NCBI GenBank assembly: GCA_963705375.1
Contig: OY970071.1
Coordinates: 1,177,603 to 1,209,602, forward strand
Direction of reading: 5' to 3'
Origin: Candidatus Saccharimonadota bacterium
GTDB taxonomy: Archaea > Micrarchaeota > Micrarchaeia > Micrarchaeales > Micrarchaeaceae
Length of the DNA stretch: 32,000 nucleotides
Under the pieces are notes generated by a model. It made no database searches, was not told the DNA's origin, and saw nothing but the letters and a program-made list of their open reading frames with translations. Shown in pieces: positions 1-6,900 of the stretch; position 1 is the stretch's first letter; each line of letters opens with the position of its first letter. The position numbers were made by a program, and so were the translations under genes.

Positions 1-3000
1 TCTCAGGTTCATCATCAACATGTTCATCTGACACGACTGTCGCGAACACCGCATCAGGCGTCTCAGGTCAATCGACGACATTCGTCGTCTCTCCAACCAG
101 TAGCACATACTATTGCATAGGTGTGAAGGACTCTGCCTCTACGGCAGTCTCCGCGAACCAGGTCACTGCGGTGCAGATAGTGGTCAATGCAGTACCTTCC
201 GTATCACAACCGACTCCGACAAGTGCGAAGGTCGACGTCGGCCAGACACAGACAATAACCGCGACGATAACAGGCGGAACTCCGAACTACGTAGGAAACG
301 CGATAATAACAAAAGCAGGGGTTCCCACTAACACTATCGCAGTCCCATCTCAGGCAGGAACTGCACTGTCCTCAACATGGACGACCGCTTCCAACGAGAT
401 AGGAACAGAGACAGGAAACTTCGTGATGAAGGACTCGCTCTCAACATCATTCAACTCAGTGCCTTCGACATCGTGGACCGTGTACAACACACTCTCCACA
501 CTGACAACTACCGGCGCAACAATCAACAATGGACAAAGTAACACTATAACCGCGAACTGGATAGGAGGTGCGCCGAACTTCGTTGTAACATTATTCTCCG
601 GTTCATCATCTACCTGTTCCTCTGACACGACTGTTGCCAACACGGCATCAGGTGTCTCAGGACAATCGACGACATTCGTTGTGACTCCATCAAGTAGTAC
701 CTACTACTGCATAGGAGTCAAGGACTCTGCTTCAACAGCGGTTTCCGCGAACCAGGTAACCGCAGTCCAGATAGTGGTGAATGCTGGACCCTCAATATCG
801 CAGCCAACCCCGACAAGTTCGAAGGTTGATGTGGGACAGACGCAGACCATATCAGCGACAATAACGGGCGGAACACCGAACTACGTAGGAAACGCGATAA
901 TAACGAACTCAGGGGCGACTACGAACACTATCGCAGTCCCATCTCAGGCAGGAACTGCACTGTCCTCAACATGGACGACCGCTTCCAATGAGATAGGAAC
1001 AGAGACTGGAAACTTCGTGATGAAGGATTCGCTGTCCACATCATTCAACTCAGTCCCATCAACATCCTGGACTGTTTACAACACGCTCTCTACTCTGACA
1101 ACGACAGGCGCGACGATCGACAACGGACAGTCCAACACGATAACAGCGAACTGGATCGGCGGAGCGCCAAACTTCGCAGTCACACTGTTCTCAGGTTCAT
1201 CTGCGACATGCTCATCTGACACCACAGTGGTCACAACCACATCAGGTGTCTCGGGACAATCAACGACATTCAGTATCTCTCCAACCAGCAACACATATTA
1301 CTGCATAGGCGTCAAGGACTCTGCGACATCCGCAGTCTCCGCGAACCAGGTCACTGCGATGCAGATAACAGTCAATGCCGCACCGTCAATCTCACAACCA
1401 ACACCTACAGCTGCTAAGGTCGATGTCGGACAGACCCAGACAATATCTGCGACAATAACGGGAGGAACTCCGAACTACGTAGGAAACGCGATCGTAACGA
1501 ACTCAGGGGCGACTACGAACACTATCGCAGTCCTATCTCAGGCAGGAACTGCACTGTCCTCAACATGGACGACCGCTTCCAATGAGATAGGAACAGAGAC
1601 TGGAAACTTCGTGATGAAGGACGCGTTCCCAGTTTCATTCAACTCAGTTCCTTCAACATCATGGACGGTGTATAACACACTCTCCACTCTTACAACCACG
1701 GGCGCGACAATAGACAACGGCCAGTCCAACACGATAACCGCGAACTGGATCGGAGGCGCACCGAACTTCACAGTGACATTATTCTCAGGTTCATCAGCGA
1801 CATGCTCATCTGACACGACTGTCGCGAACACCGCATCAGGCGTCTCAGGTCAATCGACGACATTCGTCGTCTCTCCAACCAGCAGCACATACTATTGCAT
1901 AGGTGTGAAGGACTCTGCCTCTACGGCAGTCTCCGCGAACCAGGTCACTGCGGTGCAGATAGTGGTCAATGCAGTACCTTCCGTATCACAACCGACTCCG
2001 ACAAGTGCGAAGGTCGACGTCGGCCAGACACAGACAATAACCGCGACGATAACAGGCGGAACTCCGAACTACGTAGGAAACGCGATCATAACAAAAGCAG
2101 GAGTCCCCACTAACACTATCGCAGTCCCGTCACAGGCAGGAACATCATTGTCCTCAACATGGACGACCGCTTCCAATGAGATAGGAACAGAGACTGGAAA
2201 CTTCGTGATGAAGGACTCGCTCTCAACATCATTCAACTCAATACCTTCAACATCATGGACAGTGTACAACACACTTTCAACTCTTACAACAACAGGCGCG
2301 ACGATCGACAACGGACAGTCCAACACGATAACCGCGAACTGGATCGGCGGCGCACCGAACTTCGCAGTGACATTATTCTCCGGTTCATCAGCGACATGCT
2401 CATCTGACACGACTGTCGCGAACACCGCATCAGGCGTCTCAGGTCAATCGACGACATTCGTCGTCTCTCCAACCAGCAGCACATACTATTGCATAGGTGT
2501 GAAGGACTCTGCCTCTACGGCAGTCTCCGCGAACCAGGTCACTGCGGTGCAGATAGTGGTCAATGCAGTACCTTCCGTATCACAACCGACTCCGACAAGT
2601 GCGAAGGTCGACGTCGGCCAGACACAGACAATAACCGCGACGATAACAGGCGGAACTCCGAACTACGTAGGAAACGCGATCATAACAAAAGCAGGAGTCC
2701 CCACTAACACTATCGCAGTCCCGTCACAGGCAGGAACATCATTGTCCTCAACATGGACGACCGCTTCCAACGAGATAGGAACAGAGACAGGAAACTTCGT
2801 GATGAAGGACTCGCTCTCAACATCATTCAACTCAATACCTTCAACATCATGGACAGTGTACAACACACTCTCAACTCTTACAACAACAGGCGCGACGATT
2901 GACAACGGACAGTCCAACACGATAACAGCGAACTGGATCGGAGGCGCACCGAACTTCGCAGTAACATTATTCTCAGGTTCATCATCAACATGTTCATCTG

Positions 3001-3521
3001 ACACAACTGTCGCGAACACCGCATCAGGCGTCTCAGGTCAATCGACGACATTCGTCGTCTCTCCAACCAGCAGCACATACTACTGCATAGGAGTCAAGGA
3101 CTCTGCTTCAACAGCGGTTTCCGCGAACCAGGTCACTGCGGTGCAGATAGTGGTCAATGCAGTACCTTCCGTATCACAACCGACTCCGACAAGTGCGAAG
3201 GTCGACGTCGGACAGACGCAGACCATAACTGCGACAATAACGGGCGGAACACCGAACTACGTAGGAAACGCGATAATAACGAACTCAGGGGCGACTACGA
3301 ACACTATCGCAGTCCCGTCACAGGCAGGAACATCATTGTCCTCAACATGGACGACCGCTTCCAACGAGATAGGAACAGAGACAGGAAACTTCGTGATGAA
3401 GGACTCGCTCTCAACATCATTCAACTCAATACCTTCAACATCATGGACAGTGTACAACACACTCTCAACTCTTACAACAACAGGCGCGACGATTGACAAC
3501 GGACAAAGTCCAACACGATAA
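1..3521 (+). CDS. Giant S/T/N/G-rich repeat cell-surface protein, segment 1 of 3 (5' end off-window; frame 3; ends at a frameshift-induced TAA)
   Basis: Frame 3 is open from nt 3: SGSSSTCSSDTTVANTASG... precedes the first start shown in the ORF track at 123. The gene therefore enters from the left edge. The product is built of about 198-aa units, each with two Ig/PKD-like halves (KVDVGQTQTI.ATITGGTPNYVGN... and GATI.NGQSNTITANWIGGAPNF...TC...YYC). The stop at 3519-3521 results from 2 extra nt relative to the other repeat copies. Confidence 0.85.
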   Translation, partial: SGSSSTCSSDTTVANTASGVSGQSTTFVVSPTSSTYYCIGVKDSASTAVSANQVTAVQIVVNAVPSVSQPTPTSAKVDVGQTQTITATITGGTPNYVGNAIITKAGVPTNTIAVPSQAGTALSSTWTTASNEIGTETGNFVMKDSLSTSFNSVPSTSWTVYNTLSTLTTTGATINNGQSNTITANWIGGAPNFVVTLFSGSSSTCSSDTTVANTASGVSGQSTTFVVTPSSSTYYCIGVKDSASTAVSANQVTAVQIVVNAGPSISQPTPTSSKVDVGQTQTISATITGGTPNYVGNAIITNSGATTNTIAVPSQAGTALSSTWTTASNEIGTETGNFVMKDSLSTSFNSVPSTSWTVYNTLSTLTTTGATIDNGQSNTITANWIGGAPNFAVTLFSGSSATCSSDTTVVTTTSGVSGQSTTFSISPTSNTYYCIGVKDSATSAVSANQVTAMQITVNAAPSISQPTPTAAKVDVGQTQTISATITGGTPNYVGNAIVTNSGATTNTIAVLSQAGTALSSTWTTASNEIGTETGNFVMKDAFPVSFNSVPSTSWTVYNTLSTLTTTGATIDNGQSNTITANWIGGAPNFTVTLFSGSSATCSSDTTVANTASGVSGQSTTFVVSPTSSTYYCIGVKDSASTAVSANQVTAVQIVVNAVPSVSQPTPTSAKVDVGQTQTITATITGGTPNYVGNAIITKAGVPTNTIAVPSQAGTSLSSTWTTASNEIGTETGNFVMKDSLSTSFNSIPSTSWTVYNTLSTLTTTGATIDNGQSNTITANWIGGAPNFAVTLFSGSSATCSSDTTVANTASGVSGQSTTFVVSPTSSTYYCIGVKDSASTAVSANQVTAVQIVVNAVPSVSQPTPTSAKVDVGQTQTITATITGGTPNYVGNAIITKAGVPTNTIAVPSQAGTSLSSTWTTASNEIGTETGNFVMKDSLSTSFNSIPSTSWTVYNTLSTLTTTGATIDNGQSNTITANWIGGAPNFAVTLFSGSSSTCSSDTTVANTASGVSGQSTTFVVSPTSSTYYCIGVKDSASTAVSANQVTAVQIVVNAVPSVSQPTPTSAKVDVGQTQTITATITGGTPNYVGNAIITNSGATTNTIAVPSQAGTSLSSTWTTASNEIGTETGNFVMKDSLSTSFNSIPSTSWTVYNTLSTLTTTGATIDNGQSPTR

Positions 3522-3961
3522 CAGCGAACTGGATCGGAGGCGCGCCGAACTTCGCAGTAACATTATTCTCAGGTTCATCATCAACATGTTCATCTGACAC
3601 AACTGTCGCGAACACCGCATCAGGCGTCTCAGGTCAATCGACGACATTCGTCGTCTCTCCAACCAGCAGCACATACTACTGCATAGGAGTCAAGGACTCT
3701 GCGACATCCGCGGTCTCCGCGAACCAGGTCACTGCGATGCAGATAGTAGTCAATGCCGCACCTTCAATCTCACAACCAACACCTACAGCTGCTAAGGTCG
3801 ATGTCGGACAGACCCAGACAATATCTGCGACAATAACAGGCGGAACACCGAACTACGTAGGAAACGCGATAATAACGAACTCAGGGGCGACTACGAACAC
3901 TATCGCAGTCCCGTCACAGGCAGGAACATGCATTGTCCTCAACATGGACAACTGCTTCTAA
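3509..3961 (+). CDS. Same surface-protein gene, segment 2 of 3 (frame 2 stretch between the two frameshifts)
   Basis: From 3509 onward, frame 2 encodes the expected continuation of the repeat (SNTITANWIGGAPNFAVTLFSGSSSTCSSDTTV...YYCIGVKDSATSAVSANQVTAMQIVVNAAPSISQ...). It has no stop until 3959-3961. The ORF track shows only its Met-initiated tail (3737..3961). Confidence 0.7.
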   Translation, partial: SNTITANWIGGAPNFAVTLFSGSSSTCSSDTTVANTASGVSGQSTTFVVSPTSSTYYCIGVKDSATSAVSANQVTAMQIVVNAAPSISQPTPTAAKVDVGQTQTISATITGGTPNYVGNAIITNSGATTNTIAVPSQAGTCIVLNMDNCF

Positions 3962-6900
3962 CGAGATCGGAACAGAGACTGCAAACTTCGTGATGAAGGA
4001 TTCGCTGTCCACATCATTCAACTCAGTCCCATCAACATCCTGGACTGTTTACAACACGCTCTCTACTCTGACAACGACAGGCGCGACGATTGACAATGGC
4101 CAGTCCAACACGATAACCGCGAACTGGATTGGCGGCGCACCGAACTTCGCAGTAACATTATTCTCAGGTTCATCAGCGACATGTTCATCTGACACGACTG
4201 TCGCGAACACCGCATCAGGCGTCTCAGGTCAATCGACGACATTCGTCGTCTCTCCAACCAGCAGCACATACTACTGCATAGGAGTCAAGGACTCTGCTTC
4301 AACAGCGGTTTCCGCGAACCAGGTCACTGCGGTGCAGATAACAGTCAATGCCGCACTAGGAATGCCTTTAATCTCTCCGACAACTGCAACAATCGACAAC
4401 GGCCAGTCGATATCGATGACTGCAAGTGAGACTGGAGGGACTATTCCATACACGTATTCCTGGTACGCACAGACAAGTTGTGGAGGTTCGGTGGTCAACA
4501 CAGGCTCTTCATATTCACCATCTCCGAGCTCAACAACCACTTACTCAATAAAAGTGACAGACAACGCAGGAGCGACATCTTCCTGCTCATCAGGAACGAC
4601 CGTGACAGTTGACACTCCAAGTGCCTTACTGACCGTATCAAACACGATAGCAGACTCAGGACAGTATGAGGTCCTTACTGCGACAGTTACGGGCGGAGTC
4701 GGGCCATACACTGTTAAATTCTACAACATCAGCAAGTCTGCAGTATTCAACACAGTCTCAAGTGTGGCATCTTCAACAACGAACGCATTCGTGGTATCAA
4801 GCCCGACAAACTCGAACACCTTCAACTGGAACGTCATAGTGATAGACACGACTACCTCTGGCTCGTTCACATTCAACTCTCCATCTAATTCGTTCACGGT
4901 CAACACTATGCTTGCAACGCCTTCGATCTCTCCATCGAACCCTGTATTCGATAACGGTCAGTCAACAACGCTTACTGCAATCGAAACAACGAGCGGAACG
5001 CTTCCGCTTTCGTATCAGTGGTATTCTGATGGTGCCTGCACAACCCCGATAAGCGGTCAGACTGGAGCAACTTACTCGCCAGCATCATCAGGCACATACT
5101 CTGTCAAAGTGACTGATTCTGCTTCGACTCAAGCATCGCAATGCTCGTCCAGTGACACAGTAACCATAAGTTCATCTGCACTTTCGGCAGGCACGGTTAC
5201 CGAAAGCAACACTGCTATTGATGTTGGCCAGAATTCCCTGCTTACTGCCAATCCAAGCGGTGGCACGGCACCTTATACCTACCAGTGGTATTCTGGTACT
5301 TCTCCAACTGGTACACTAATATCTGGAGCAACAAGCCAGACCTTGCTCGTAAGCCCATCAGCCACTACAAGCTATTATGCATCCATAACAGACAGTGCGA
5401 CAACACACGTTACTTCTAATTCAATTTCAAACACCATAACTGTTTACAACACACCGACCGTGACAATCACCAACCCATCGCTCACAGAAGACGTCGGCCA
5501 GTCCGTGACCTTCACCACAACCAACACACCAGGTTCGGGCTCAGACACATACCAGTGGTACAACACGACTTCCGGCATCGTTCAGATTTCGGGCCAGACT
5601 GGCACTTCACTTACAGTCTCGGGCGGCGCAATAGGCACCTTCACCTATAATGTTGTCATAACCGATTCTAACGGGGCGAAATCTACGTCTGGTACAGGTT
5701 CTGTTGTAGTTTATGCATTACCGACCGTGACAATCACCAACCCATCGCTCACAGAAGACGTCGGCCAGTCCGTGACCTTCACCACAACCAACACACCAGG
5801 TTCGGGCTCAGATACATACCAGTGGTACAACACAACTTCGGGCGTCGTTCAGATTTCAGGCCAGACGGGCACTTCGCTTACAGTCTCGGGCGGCGCAATA
5901 GGCACCTTCACCTATAATGTTGTCATAACCGACTCAAACGGAAAGAAAGCAACATCCGGCACAGGCTCTGTTGTTGTAGGTAATGCACCATCTGTTACTA
6001 TAACCAATCCATCTCTTTCTGAAGGGGTGGGTCAAAGTGTGACCTTCACCACAACGAACACTCCCGGTTCGGGCTCAGACACCTACCGTTGGTATAACAC
6101 GACTTCGGGCGTTGTCGCAATTCCTGGCCAAACTGGCACTTCGCTTACAGTTTCTGGCGGCGCAACAGGCACATTCACCTATAATGTCGTAATAACAGAT
6201 TCCAACGGGGCTAAAGCAGCATCTGGTACAGGGACTGTTGTTGTCACTGCAGCACCAACAGTGACGATAACTAACCCCTCTCTTGCAGAGGGAATTGGCC
6301 AATCTGTGACCTTCACCACAACCAACACACCAGGTTCGGGCTCAGACACCTACCAATGGTACAACACCACTTCTGGCATCGTTCAGATTTCAGGCCAGAC
6401 TGGCACTTCACTTACCGTTTCTGGCGGTGCAATAGGCACATTCACTTACAACGTGATCATAACCGACTCTCACGGCCTGCATTCGTCTTCGAATACTGGC
6501 ACGGTTGTTGTCACAAACGCTCCGACAGTCACAATCACCAACCCTTCACTAAACGAGGACATCGGCCAGTCCGTGACATTTACCACAACGAACACGCCAG
6601 GTTCGGGTTCGGACACCTACCAGTGGTACAACACCACTTCAGGCGTTGCCGTAATGTCCGGCCAGACCGGCACTTCTCTCATGGTAACGGGTGGAGCAAC
6701 AGGCACCTTCGCCTATAATGTTGTCATAACTGACTCTGTGGGAAAGAGCGCGACATCGAATGCAGGAACGGTTGTTGTTGGCAACGCACCAACAGTCACA
6801 ATTACCAATCCGTCGCTTTCAGAAGTTGTCGGTCAGAATGTTGTATTCGCCACAACCAACACTCCTGGTTCGGGCTCAGACACCTACCAGTGGTACAACA

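Larger units (their letters stand above)
1..4355 (+). repeat. 594-bp (198-codon) coding tandem repeat, about 7.3 copies in-window, array continues beyond the left edge
   Basis: The period is shown by identical frame-2 shadow ORFs at 1895 and 2489 (594 nt apart) and a near-identical one at 113 (3 x 594 before 1895). Copies 1905-2498 and 2499-3092 encode units that differ at one residue (SSATC vs SSSTC). Other copies are mosaics of 2-3 variant types. Confidence 0.95.

Noticed and set aside
3495-3525. Programmed ribosomal frameshifting as an explanation for the frame change.
   Set aside because: A +2/-1 event would need a slippery heptamer and a stimulatory structure, and none is evident (..aac gga caa agt cca..). 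The second site needs a different shift. Both sites differ from sister copies by simple indels at polymorphic positions, which mutation or consensus error explains better.
113-4269. Many 66-118-aa ORFs in other frames and on the antisense strand of the 594-bp array. Examples: MHRCEGLCLYGSLREPGH... at 113, 1895 and 2489; MFATVVSDEHV... at 1538, 2069 and 2663; MCCWLERRRMSS... at 2284, 2878, 3465 and 4063.
   Set aside because: They recur with the repeat period and lie entirely inside a strongly coding frame with clear domain structure. Their products have low-complexity Arg/Cys-rich or reverse-translated compositions. They are shadow ORFs created by stop-poor repeat sequence.
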